NCBI RefSeq assembly: GCF_009834535.1
Contig: NC_045707.1
Span: forward strand, 55,120,001-55,184,000
From: Camelus ferus
Lineage: Eukaryota
Length of the DNA stretch: 64,000 nucleotides
Direction of reading: 5' to 3'
Shown: positions 14,113-26,339 of the stretch, in pieces
How the letters are laid out: every line of letters starts with the position of its first letter
Numbering within the stretch: the stretch's first letter is position 1
Position numbers and translations under genes: made by a program
Notes under the pieces: model-generated
What the model saw: the letters and a program-made list of their open reading frames with translations, nothing else
What the model was told of the DNA's origin: nothing
The model's database searches: none

Positions 14113-16159
14113 TGTCCATAGTATATTAATAAGGCTTATGGCTTATGGCAAATAGAAATTTGAAGCAATGTAATTATGACCATAATTACAATCAAGCAAA
14201 TAAAAAGCCTAGCCTCTCCCTCTCCCTCTCTCTGTTACTCCTGTGTAATATTTTAGTGTTTAAGAAATATATTTACCAGTCTATCTGTCTCTTTATGGAA
14301 CTGGACACCAACCCCTATTACACTCTGAGAGTAGAAGAAAGCACTTCTGTGGATAATACCACCCACTTTCTGAGTCTCCAAATAGATGGAGCTTATTTAT
14401 CAATTAGACTAGAATAAAACAAAACTATATTAGCAGTATTAAATAAATCCCCAAGGAGAAAGAAAGGACTATAGAATTTGTAGAGAACTAAAGAAATTGG
14501 AAAGGGGGATTTAGATCCGTAAGTTATACTGCAACAAGACAATCCTTAAAATGTTAAGAGTAGTTTTGAAACCATTCCAATATAAATAAAGCTTCAGGGG
14601 AATGGTCTGATGAGGATGAGAGTGATGTGTTCCTGTTTTCTTGTCCTACTCAGGGCAGAAATGCACAGCCAGAAAAATATTGTCAATGGAAGCATTAAAT
14701 GTCACTGCTAAATATAGCATAGACTGATCTAAAATGCAAAAAAATAGAAACAATTGACAGTGTGCACAGTGAACTTACTCTGTCCTAGCAATGTGTATTG
14801 TCAATTTGTAGCTTCCTGCATGTCTTTAATCAGTGTCGGTTCTTCTTTTTAAGGATGTGTTAGCAGTAAGTTCTCAATGCAATGTAACTGGGAAAAATGG
14901 GCCAGATTTAATTATAATTTTGACATATTTTGAATAATATTTCATTGTTAAATAATATATCCTCTCCAGGAAGTAATTTAGCCAAAAGGGAAAATGACAA
15001 ATTAATTACCAAATTTCATGAACTTACATACAGCTCTTAAGTTTCTTTTATTTCCTGATGTAGGTAGTTTTAACTTTATAGGGCAATTCATATGTATATT
15101 CATTCAAGTGCACTCTGTAATTCATTAAATGATAAAGGATAATCCAATGTGGGTTTTATATATAAACATAAATTAATATTTATGTGTTACTAAGGATAAC
15201 AGGGAGGCATGATCATCCTAAGATCATCAAATCTCTCAAAATAAGAAGCTGGCACCACTAATTCAAATTTTAAATTTCTAAAAACAATGAATATTTACTC
15301 TTTACTTTCCCTACTGAATTAAAAATAATAGTAGTTTCACTTGGCATAGGATATATTCCAGGATTAATAACCATTTAGAGTTAACTGCCCTTAGATTATT
15401 TTTAGGCATCAGGAAAGGCATAACTTTTGGAATGAATGAGTTATCTAAAGAGATTGAATGAATGTCCCAGGCACTGGGAAATCGCTGTTGTTTATTTGTT
15501 AGGACACACTGTCAAATAAGTCAAACTTGATATAGCTGAGAGTAAAAGTGAGAGTTATTGAAAATGTATTGGAATATTTTGTGAAATTTTTGGAAGGAGA
15601 AGCATGTTCTGAAACAATACCTCAGGTCATCCTCCATCTCATTCTTTTTTATTATTTGCCTGTGAACTTTGTACTCTCCACTCTTCTCTCCAAAAGGACT
15701 GTGGCCACCAACAGCTTCTAAAATCCCTATTCAAGGTTACTACTACTGGAGAAGAATTCACCTGCTCTCTGTGATGGGTTGGAAAATCTAGTAAAGGTTT
15801 CAAAATGGCTTAATTTAATTCATGTGCACAGATCTGACTCCTACAAGGGTAGTCAGGAATATATGACTGACATGACTGGCTCAACTTGGGTGAGATTATG
15901 CTTCATGTTGAGCCATGAAGCTAGAATACTGCTGCACAGAAAAAACTTACAGACCAATAGCATGCACTCAATAGCACTCTCAGAAAAGAAGCAATCATTC
16001 TAAACAGGTCCCATCTCAAGTGCCTTATTCTTTCAACAGGCAATTCCACATTTTCTTCATCTCCAAACAGTCCTTGATGTTAGGAATCAAAAATAGGGTA
16101 CTATTATTCTGAGGGAAGTGAATGATACACACTAAAGAGTATAATTTTAAAACAATGAA

Positions 16160-16850
16160 TGTCATAACTAACCTTATAGTGGTAGTCTCTTCACAATATA
16201 TACCTAAATCAAATCATCACAGTGAAGGTGTCCACACCAACTTAAAATGACAATGTTATATGACAATTATATCTCAACAAAAATGGAAAAAACAAAAGAA
16301 CTCTTGTAATTCAATAATTTAGATAAATAACCCAATGTAAAAGTTTGGAAACGATTTGAAGAGAAATTTCACCAAAGAAGATATGAATGACCCATAAACA
16401 CATGAAAGATGTTCAGTAGCATTGGTCATCAGAGAACTGCAAATTAAAACTACAGAAACATTTGCATACATACATTCAACAGAGAGTACCAAGTTTTGGC
16501 AAAGATGGGGATCGAACTGACTCGTATGTTGCTGGTGGTAGTGTAAAATATTATAGCCACTCTGGAGGAGCTTCGCAATTCCTAATAAAGATGCATTTAC
16601 AATTACCATGTGACCCAGCAATTCCACTTGTAGATGTTTACCTAAAAAAATAACATATTCCACAAAAGGATTTGCGTGCACATGCCCTTAGCAACTAATT
16701 ACTCATATACACAGTAACACGGCTCTCACAAGGATTATGCTGGGGAAAAAAAGTCAAACACAAAAGAGTTCTTAATATATGACTATTTATTGTATCTTTT
16801 TTGCATTTATATGAAGGTCTAAAATTGTTAAAACTGTAAAAAAAAAAAAG
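16160..16850 (+). mobile_element. Composite L1: short L1MA/MB-type 3' tail (16160-16292) abutting an older L1M ORF2 end
   Basis: 'ttatatgacaattatatctcaacaaaaatggaaaaaa' followed by 'agaaatttcaccaaagaagatat...ccatgtgacccagcaattccactt' (LPCDPAIPL in the 16462-16653 ORF). Confidence 0.85.
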
Positions 16851-17849
16851 TTGCAATATTTTACACATCTGGTGACATACAGAAGTTAGTGAAATTCCAG
16901 CAAGATCTCCTAATGAAGGTCTCATTCACAGCTTCTACTCAAGCAATTCATTTCGGTTAGGATAACATGTCATTTTATGTAATAAATATGTCACCAATTA
17001 TAAGCAAAAGGAAGCCAAGAGAAAAATATTTTCTTACTTTTTTTGAGGACTTTTTTCCTAACTTTCTGACTAATTCAAAAGAAACAAACAAAACAAATGA
17101 AGAATATTAGGGGAAAAGAAAGGCCTGAAGAAGAAAAGTGATGCCTTTGTTCCATAATATCATTCAATTCTTCTCCATGAGGCATACTTAAAATTACACA
17201 ATTGGTTGTTTCTAAAGTTGGAAACAAAAAGATATTTGCCCAGCTTTTCTAATCTCAACAGCTGCAATTCTGATAGAAAATGCCAACCTATTACCTAATG
17301 ACACATATTTCCATGACACCAAGACATCTAAGTAGTCGGAATGATTAGTTCTCAGTTAACTGAGTAGTTATCTGGGTGCTTCAAAGAGGCAGGGCATGCT
17401 AATATAAACCGATTTTTGTTTCAAACATACTGACTCATTCTTTGCCACTCATGTAAGTACAGATATAGCAGTATCTACTGATATGAAGCATGGAATGTAA
17501 AATTAGACCTCTCCTTATTTCTTCATTTTAGAATTACTAAATTTGGGGCCATCTTTTTTGAGGGGAATCACATTTTCACAGTAATTTAGAATTTTTAACA
17601 CGGCATTTTTTAGCCTTATTTTATTTCATGTCTCAACAGCTGAGCTGAGTTTGTCAAGCTTTAATTTCTAGAATTCATGCTGCAGATAGATACATACCCT
17701 TTAATTTCTTAAATATGAATTCACTTTATACTATTTGGTGTAAGTTCTCAAAGTCCAGTGCTCCACCTTCTATCCCCAGAAAAGGTTTATTTGTTCCCTT
17801 AGAAGAGTAGTTTCTCCAGTCATGACTCGCGGGAAAGAGAACATGGACC

Positions 17850-18030
17850 TTGGCGTCTAAGTGAGTAAGGGCCAATCGGCAGTTTACCGACATCATGGTA
17901 GTTTCCTTGTCCTAATGCTGATAACTTATTTTCCTGTTAAATGAGGATAGTACTTATCCCCCAGGTTTGCTGTGAGAATCAACTGATTACAGGACAATAA
18001 CTGGCATACAAGTCACTCAATAATAATCAT
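17850..18030 (+). mobile_element. MIR SINE fragment
   Basis: 'ttttcctgttaaatgaggatagtacttatcccccaggtttgctgtgagaatcaactga...ctggcatacaagtcactcaataa'. Confidence 0.7.
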
Positions 18031-18189
18031 TCAATGTTTTTCAATTATCATTTAATTGAAATCCTAGGATCATTCAAGAAATATTTCTATATATATGTCA
18101 ACAATTATTTTGATAAGCAAAAATATAAATATTAAAGTTATTTATCCAGTGTAAACTCATGATTTTAAGAACAGATGATTATCAGACAT

Positions 18190-18495
18190 TCATTTACTTG
18201 AGTAAGCTGTTATAGGAACGATTAGACTCAACACAGGATCCATTGACACAACAATAAAAACCATCCAGAATGAAACACATTCAAAAATCAATTAAATAAG
18301 AGCAGAGCACCAGGAAGTTTGAGATGAAATAATCTCCAACAGCCTAATACATGTAGTATGTGTAACATGTAATTATAGTCCCCAAAAGAAAGGGTGAGCA
18401 TAAGAAATATTTGATGAAATACTGTTCCAAACTTTCTAAAATTTGAAGGAAATACAGACTGACAGATTAAAAAATCTTAGTGAACCCCTAACTGA
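18190..18495 (+). mobile_element. Decayed L1M ORF1 fragment
   Basis: 'ccatccagaatgaaacac...cctaatacatgtag...agtccccaaaaga...gaaatatttgatgaaat...ccaaactttctaaaatttga'. Confidence 0.7.
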
Positions 18496-20391
18496 GTAAT
18501 ATAGTGGCAAGCCAGAAGGAAGAATAACCATAAGGCAAATTTACTTATTTTAATTTGTTAATGAAGTTCATTTGAGGCAGTGTTTTGCACTGAGTTAACA
18601 ATTGTCAGCATGTCAAAATTATTTAAGTAATCAGGTTTGTATCTGGAGCAAAGTGCAGATAAACATTGTTGACCACTTATTTAGTTTTGATATTACATAA
18701 GCTTTAGCGCATAATCCATATGAACAATTTTATATTTCTATAATAAGATACTGGTTTTTATTTGGTATTGTGTTATCAGAAGATGAAATTTAAATATTGT
18801 CTCTCTCTAGCAAACAACAGTTAAAAAGCAACAAAATATCCTCATCTTAATTGAAATATTCTAGGTGATTTTTTTTCAAGTCCCAAAATGATAGTCATTC
18901 TACCAAAGTAGAGATGATAGAAGTAAGGGTACCAGCAAACCTAGACCTGTTATTCTCAAACAAGAAAATGTGTGCTTGGCTAGAGAGAATTCCTAGCTGC
19001 GGGACTCTGCCTTAGCCAGAGGAAAGACTTCTCTGAAATTTTACTAGAGAAAACCGTTATGGCTATGTAAGCCTTAGAAATAATAATCAAGGTCTTATTT
19101 AAGTGCACTCTAAAACTAGAAGGGCAGGATATCCATAACATTAATTTAATTAAGAGAAGAGAGGATCATTTTTTCCCTTTGCTTATTTTTTTAAAGTAAC
19201 ATTTATGATGATCTCAACCAAACTTCTACGTTTGAGTAGCATTTCTAAAAAAGAAAAAGGGAGAGAGAGAGAGACAAGGGACTTTTTAGGCTCAGATACA
19301 CTTTTGTGAGTGTAAAGATGATATCATTAACTGACTTGCTTAAATATATAGTAAAATCACTTTTTTAGGAGTGTGAGTGAACTAAAACATTCCCTTCAAA
19401 AAGCAAACTATATGAGAAGAATTATTTTCCAGTTCAGTGCTTTCATTCTTAAGTTCAAGTTTCATAACAGATCCTCAATTATTATGACTTAAACTCTGTT
19501 GTGGCCAATAATTTTTTATAATAGATGCCAAAAATCCCAGAATATTGCATGCTAGATTGATTATATATCCTATTTCACGTCATACTGTGTTTGGGAAGTG
19601 ATCTGGTGAGGGTGAGGTATCAGGGTCCAAGCTTCCCAAGATTTTTACTTTGTTCCTAGAGTAAGAAGATTTGTGAAAGTGGGTTTGGGCTCAAGTGACC
19701 CCAGGGAAGGTCTCCTTACAGGCATTCATTTCTTAGAGTCAAGCTCCTTGGTAAATTGCTGTTTATGTTATAGCTCTTCCTGTTTCCATGTGGACGGATT
19801 CACTAGAATAATACTTCAAGCACTTTCCTCACCAGCTATCCATTTCTTTGTGGGGGAGGAGTGTTTTCTGATTAGGAATTTAACAAAAAGGAGCCATATA
19901 TGCTCAGCTTAGCTCTTTCCTCTTTTAGAGTCAGGGGTCTCTTCATGCTATAAATTTTGCAAGGGTAACCTCAATAGAGGAAGTTTGTGGTTTTCCAGCT
20001 ATGTCTGTACCTGGCTGAATAAGTGCAATTCTTCAATGCACTGTTAGCAAGCTATGTCTTCCAACCTAGCTTTGGCCATAAATAAAGATGATATATTAAC
20101 CTCCATCTGTCTGACTCCTTCATCTAAGCCACACTTTCTCCTGTTGCACTTTTTGTATATATTTATGAAGGTTCCTATTTCATTCTATTGCGTTTTAAAT
20201 TTATCCATCTCTTTCACGAGGCTGTCATTTCCGTTATAAGGAAGGGATGTCAATTCCATTGTCCTATTTTAATTGCTTAATAAGTTTAAACACAGGAAAT
20301 AGGCAATGAATGTTTGTGGCGTAAATGGATGAAAAGTGCACCAAGAATTCCCTGTGATAAACTTTCTCTTGGATGTGTTTTATGTAGCAAG

Positions 20392-20395
<4 letters not shown>

Positions 20396-20423
<28 letters not shown>
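20396..20423 (+). repeat. Poly(A) run (28 nt)
   Basis: Uninterrupted A28. Confidence 0.95.
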
Positions 20424-20427
<4 letters not shown>

Positions 20428-22049
20428 AGTAACCCTATTCAGTAGGTTTGCTGTTGTTTACTGGAGTACAAAACATAAAGGTGATAGGTTCGTTCAATCA
20501 AGGGGCCATAACAGGGAGACAAGGTCAATCCTTAGCCTGCTGAACCTGAAGAATCAAGGGGACTTTTCCAGGCAATTAAACACCCTCTGAAACATAAACG
20601 CTGTGTTTTGTTTCTTCTATTGTTTAATTCATCATTTACCTGTAGTTCTTTGTATGATTCTTTCCAACTAGATCAAATGAAAGAAATAGAAGTTTTATTG
20701 AGGATGAAAGAGAGCTTCCTGGCACAGTGACAGGAGAAAGCCTTTGAAAATGCATGTATTTCTCATTCTTCCAGCAGAACAGTCTTTCCAGTGCAAACCA
20801 GCTGTTTGATTCTCTAAGGTCGCATTGCTTAGACTATCTCAACTTCGAAAACATTGTGGCATAAATTTTTTAAAAAGTATATTCCAGTACTATTTTAGAA
20901 TTATTATTTTAGATTAAAGTCAAGGAATCTAGGGTGATCAATGTAGGTAAAGAAAAATGCATTACTGGAGTAGAGAATGTAAAAAAAATTATTAATATTT
21001 ATTTGCTGAAATATTAGCTTATGAAATAAAGAATAACCAAGATTTAATAAGTATTAAATAAAAAGTAAAACTCTCCCAGGCAATATTATAATGCCTCAAA
21101 AATCAGGCAAGAATTTTTCCATTTCCTTTCTTTTCCAAGAGGAAAATAATAGTAATAGCTATGATATTGAACCTCCTCTGGGATTTGGTAAAACGTTATA
21201 AAAAGTCCAACCTGTGCATTTTTGGTTTTCATGACCTGAACTGAATATGACCTTATCCCATATTTCCAACTTCCTTTCCAAAGTTGAGAAATTAGTGATT
21301 TATAGCATCATGTCATTTTTGGCTAAGGTAGCATATCATAAATGATGTTGCTCATTGTTACAACATGCAGAGTGTTGAACCAATATTTCTCTTTTCTTTC
21401 CTCTTTCTGTGTTGTTTATTTGCCTGTATTCCTAGGAGATGCCAACTGAACACAAAACTTTCTCGCATAGAAACCTTTAAATGAGTGGAAATGCCCAGTG
21501 ACATTTTTGGTTTAGGACTTGGGCTAGCTATAGGGTCCCTCAAGCCGACAGGAAGAAGCTATGAAAATGGATTCCCTACATGTTCATTTAAAATGGGTCA
21601 GAAGGTTACATGACAATATAAAACAGCACACTAGAGCTTTAAAAATGATTTATACTTTGTTACATTTATTAATACTAATAACTCTGGATATTTTATGTAG
21701 AAAAATACTTCTAAAAAATATCCTGTCTATGGACATATGGTGTTTGTAAAGTGTCTTTATTCACAGCTTTACATCCTCATTTCTAAATTTTCTAAAAGCT
21801 TGGTTTTGTCTCAAATTTAGACTTTTCTTCTTTCTCCTAGAAGAAAGTAATTTGTGGCATTAGTGAAAAAAAAATAAGTAAATAAAGTGGTGTATTTCAT
21901 ATGAATGCATGACATATTATCAAGGAAATATTTGCAATTAACTTGAAGAAAATATTTAAAAGGAAAAAGAATAGGCATAGTTTATAATTCCTTCTTATTT
22001 CTGTAAAGATGTTTACCCATTTATTTTATTTAAGAAAACTTTCATGCCA

Positions 22050-22250
22050 TTAAATCTGGGCCAAGCATTGTAATGAGTTATTTTCACATATTCACTCAGG
22101 TAATCATACCCCTATGAGGTAGCTACAATTAGCATCCCTGTTTCATGGGTAAGTAAACTAGGCCAAGCTGTGCTTAAGAAATTGTTCAGGTAACTCAGCT
22201 AGTGCGACAGATTCTGGACTCTGGAGCCCATGCCCTTACTCTGTATGCAG
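22050..22250 (-). mobile_element. MIR SINE fragment
   Basis: 'cccctatgaggtagctacaattagcatccctgtttcatgggtaagtaaactaggcc...ctggactctggagcccatgccctta'. Confidence 0.75.
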
Positions 22251-22559
22251 TTAGGTAACTCCAGAATATTGAAGAGAAAAAAAAAATCCAAGATGCTACA
22301 AAATTTCTTGCTTATTTACTTCCATCCATATGCCTATGCCTATGCCTAGGAATTGAATTTATGCTTACATTTATATTTACAGTATACACCCAAAACGGTT
22401 ATACAAAAATTTACATCAAGTTTAACCTATAATTTTATCAAAAAGTTTGGCCTGTTACTACATTGTGAATTTAACTATCAATATGAAAGAGGCATAAAAT
22501 ACTGCTGTGTTTTTCTGTACTTATCCTTTATGTATAGAGGTTTAAGTGCATACATTTTT

Positions 22560-22945
22560 CTCTTACGGATATGAAAATCAATACTGTTAATTATGGTGAA
22601 TATTTGGAGAATGGGGCAAAGGCTTTCCACAGTACTCACAGCAGCATTATGAGCAGGTACAATTATCTGAGTTTTAACAAGGAGGAAACTAAGCAGAAGA
22701 TGATCAAATAGGTAAGTGGATGTCACACAACTCTGTGGGCTGATACAGTACGTGAACAGACATTCTGACTCAAACCTCTGCTCTTAGTTTACATACTGCT
22801 CTGATACATACTGTATACCCTCCCACTGAATAAACCATTGTTCATGGAAAGTTCTGCAGGATCAAAGGCTGAGAGAATTGTCAAGACTATAAATAGAGTT
22901 AGACAGTTTGATGTATGAAAGGGTTGTATTGTTTTCTTATTCAGC
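22560..22945 (-). repeat. Left arm of an ancient inverted duplication (unique ~120 bp + MIR + flank)
   Basis: Reverse complement aligns with 25134-25510. The 148-nt core (22798-22945) aligns without gaps to 25134-25281 at 108/148 identity by manual count. Confidence 0.85.
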
Positions 22946-25133
22946 TGGACTGGAGGTATTCCCCTACCTCTGACATCACTGGGAGCTCTCTCTTCCTCTG
23001 GATTCATCTATCTTTATATCTCTATACATATGTAGAAGTATGTGTAGAAAATACATTTTCTTAAGTTATTTTAAAAGGAAAAATGTCAGTTCTTTAAATA
23101 TGCACATAATGTATTTTATTTAACAATCAAAATTCCACATATGTGTGCACATATGTATAACTGTAATTTCCTTTTTTGTATATTTTTCAATAATTTTGGA
23201 ATTTTTAGTTTACTTCTTAACGCACAGGATGTATTAATATCATAAAATATTACACTTTTCTACCTTAGTTGTCTATTCTCTCCATTTTAAAGAGGTTCTT
23301 TAAATATGTTGACACAATGGCCAAAGAATTTCCTATGTCATATGTTCACAATTTTAATCCAGGAGAGGAATGATGCTTATCCGTTAATTTCAACCAAGTG
23401 CCCCGCCCACAGAAACCCAGATGATCGCTGGTATCTTGGAGTTTATATTCTTATGGATGAAGATGAACAATAAATGAATATGTATAATAAAGCAGGTGAA
23501 GGTGAGAGTTGATCTATTATAAATGAATTTATGTTTGGCAACTTTGCTATCAGATCATACTTACTTTAAAAACTTTCCAACTTTTCCATGAACTAGAATA
23601 TTTCATAAAATTTAGTACTTCTTTTAATCAATTAAAAATTAATATTAAGAAATGAATTATCATACTGATCTTCATGACATGTATAGCCCAATAGGAAAGA
23701 TATGATATGTAGCTACATTTATTTTTCAGTATTTTTCTGCTTAAATCTTTTTAAAAGTTGGAATGATAAATTATAATCACAAGGTGCAAAATGTTTAGGG
23801 CTCCAATAGTTTAGAAAGAGATGAAATAGATGAATATTATAGATTTTTAATAAGAATATGATATACCAGTACAGCATAGACTAAACAACCCAAGTGAAGA
23901 ATTTTGGTCAATTTGGCATAAACATAAGAGAATGATGACAACTTAATCCTCTGGTTATATAAGCAATGTGTATCTGGAGAAGATATTTGACAATGTGCAG
24001 TGGAATAGTTATAACATTTCAATAAATGTTAATGTATATCTTACTTTAAACAATCTTGATCCAGCCCCTAATCATTTTAATTTGTATTTATACTTGAATA
24101 AAAAATTCTTTTTTTTTAAATAGTTATTTCTTTGTAGAATATCTCTGTTATGGAACATACACAAAAACAACTATAAAAGTGATCTGAAGTTTTTACTTTA
24201 TGTTACTTTGTGATGAGATCCTGCTTTATATAATGGAAGTAAAACGACTATAGTAATTTCAGAGGTTACAAAAGGCATTGCATTTAAAATGAAAATTATC
24301 TTCATTGGCTATAAAAACTCATATTTGATGTAGGTGACAGAAACACTTTGGTAACTTCAGTAAAGAATTTTTAATTACCTCTTTATTGATTTATAAAATC
24401 TGGCCAATCTGCAGAATTTTCCTTGTTTTCAAACTTTTTGATTTTTTTGTATCATTCTCTCTCTTCAGAGCCACATGCTATTTTATAGGAACTTAGAAGC
24501 TTAAAGTTCTTTGTTTATTGTATTGACAGAAAGTAGAAAGGACCTGTACTTCCTTTTGAATCCTTAATATGCCAAGACAGATGCTCTTAGAAAATTCCTG
24601 ATACAAAATTCCTATAAATGTTGGAAAAATGCTGCAAACATTTCTTAACGTAACACCGCGTTTGCAGGAGAATAACAAAAATCCCTGAAGGCAAAGAAAA
24701 AAAAAATTGAACTAAAAAATTGCAAGCTAACCTTCAAGCTATAGTCACACCTGGGGCATGTACTAGTTGTGGTAGTTAAAAGTACTGGATTTTAATGCTG
24801 AACCCCAAAACATCTATACCTCCCTCTATTGCCTTTCCCCTTGACAGGCAAAGGTAGCTGAAAAGAAAAACTGTTTATTTGGGTATCTACAACATGGTCA
24901 AGGAAGTTCACACTGAGAAAATGATATTAAGTAGTTCTAAGTTTGGTAGTAGCCAAGAGCAACTAACAAAAGTAAATGACAAGGACTCCCATAGATAAAG
25001 TTAGAGAAAGCCTCACTAGGTTAAAAACCTAGCTAAATTACAAAACACCCAAGAAAACAAAAAAACATGAATGATATTCCCCAGAATTGAACATCATGGA
25101 ACTTTGTATGATGCAAAGATTGGGTGAAATAAG

Positions 25134-25510
25134 GCTGAATAAGGATATAATACCATCCTTCCACATATCAAATTGGCAAAATATATCTATAGCCATGACC
25201 ATTTTATTACCCCTTGACCCTGGAGAACTTTCTATGCGCAAAGGTTTATTCAGTTCGAGAGAATGTAATGTATGTAAGAGTGAAGATTCTAGTCATACTA
25301 TGATTCGCATCTTGGATTTATCCATAGAGCTATGTGTTACTCACTTACTTATTTGACCTTCCAGTCCTGTTTCATCTTTCTTAAAATAGGAACAGTTGTA
25401 CCTGCTCATAAGGCGATTCTGAGTATAAAAGGAAATTTTAAATGGGAAAGCTTGGCTGCATTCTCTAAATATTAGTTATAATTAATAGTACTATTCATAT
25501 CTATAAGGGG
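25134..25510 (+). repeat. Right arm of the inverted duplication (unique ~120 bp + MIR + flank)
   Basis: Shares 'gctgaataag', 'agaactttc', 'ggtttattcagt', 'cacttacYtatttga', 'ttgtacctgctcataa' and 'cattctcYaaatatt' with the reverse complement of the left arm. Confidence 0.85.
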
Positions 25511-25665
25511 TATATTATTGGTTTCCTAGTAAAGCTAAAAAGTAACTGGCTGACTTTTACTTTTCTGAGCCAATTGCAGAATGCTAAAAGGCGAAGAGAG
25601 GGAAATTACATACTTCTAATATTTCTGGCAACCATGTTATTTAAACACAATTTTCAATATGTCAG

Positions 25666-26339
25666 TGCTATGGGTTGAATTGTGTCAATCCCCAAATTTA
25701 TATGTTGAAGTCTTATCTTCCAGTGTCTCAGAATGTGATCTTATTTGGAGATAGGGTCTTTATGGAGGTAAAATGAGGTCATTACAGTAGGTTCAATATA
25801 TATAGCCACTGTACTTATAAAAAGGAAATTTAAACAAAGAGAAATACCTAGAGAAAAATGATATGAAAAGACAGTAGGGAGATGATAGCCATCTACCAAC
25901 CGAGAAACACTCAGAACAGATCCTTCCCTCACAGCCCTCAGAAGGAACCACCCCTGCCTATTTCTTGATTATGAACTTCTAGCTTTCGTAACAATGAGAC
26001 AATAAATTTTTGTTGTTGCTTTTTTTTTCATTTTTCAGTTCTGTTAGGTAGAATTGTTATAATTTGATTGCACATATACAATGCATTGCATGTAAATGCA
26101 TATACACAATACACTGCACATACTTTTTTAAATTTACATATAGACACTGTTCATTATTTCTAAGAATGTTTAGAGCTTTAGCTTTTTACACTTATGTAGT
26201 TATCAAAGGAATAAAGCCAACCACAACATAATAATTAATTCAAAAAAGTACATACACCTCACTATTAACAGCAACTAAATTTTTGTTGTTTAAGCCACCC
26301 AATGGGTTAATTTGTTATAGCAGCTCTAGCAAACCAATA
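25666..26339. mobile_element. MaLR solo LTR (MLT1A/B/C-like), interrupted at 26018-26290
   Basis: 'tgctatgggttgaattgtgtc...cagaatgtgatcttatttggagatagggtcttt...ccttccctcacagccctcagaaggaacc...gttatagcagctctagcaaaccaata'. Confidence 0.9.
26018..26275 (-). mobile_element. Poly(A)-tailed retroposed insert of unrecognised origin, 15-bp TSD
   Basis: Perfect TSD taaatttttgttgtt at 26003-26017 and 26276-26290. The T-run at the left end is an A-tail on the minus strand. Confidence 0.8.

Noticed and set aside
22789..25356. Paralogous small proteins from the 22789-23007 (-) and 25087-25356 (+) ORFs
   Set aside because: Substitutions fall on all codon positions with many non-synonymous changes, and the ORFs run into MIR sequence. 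The similarity is at DNA level only.
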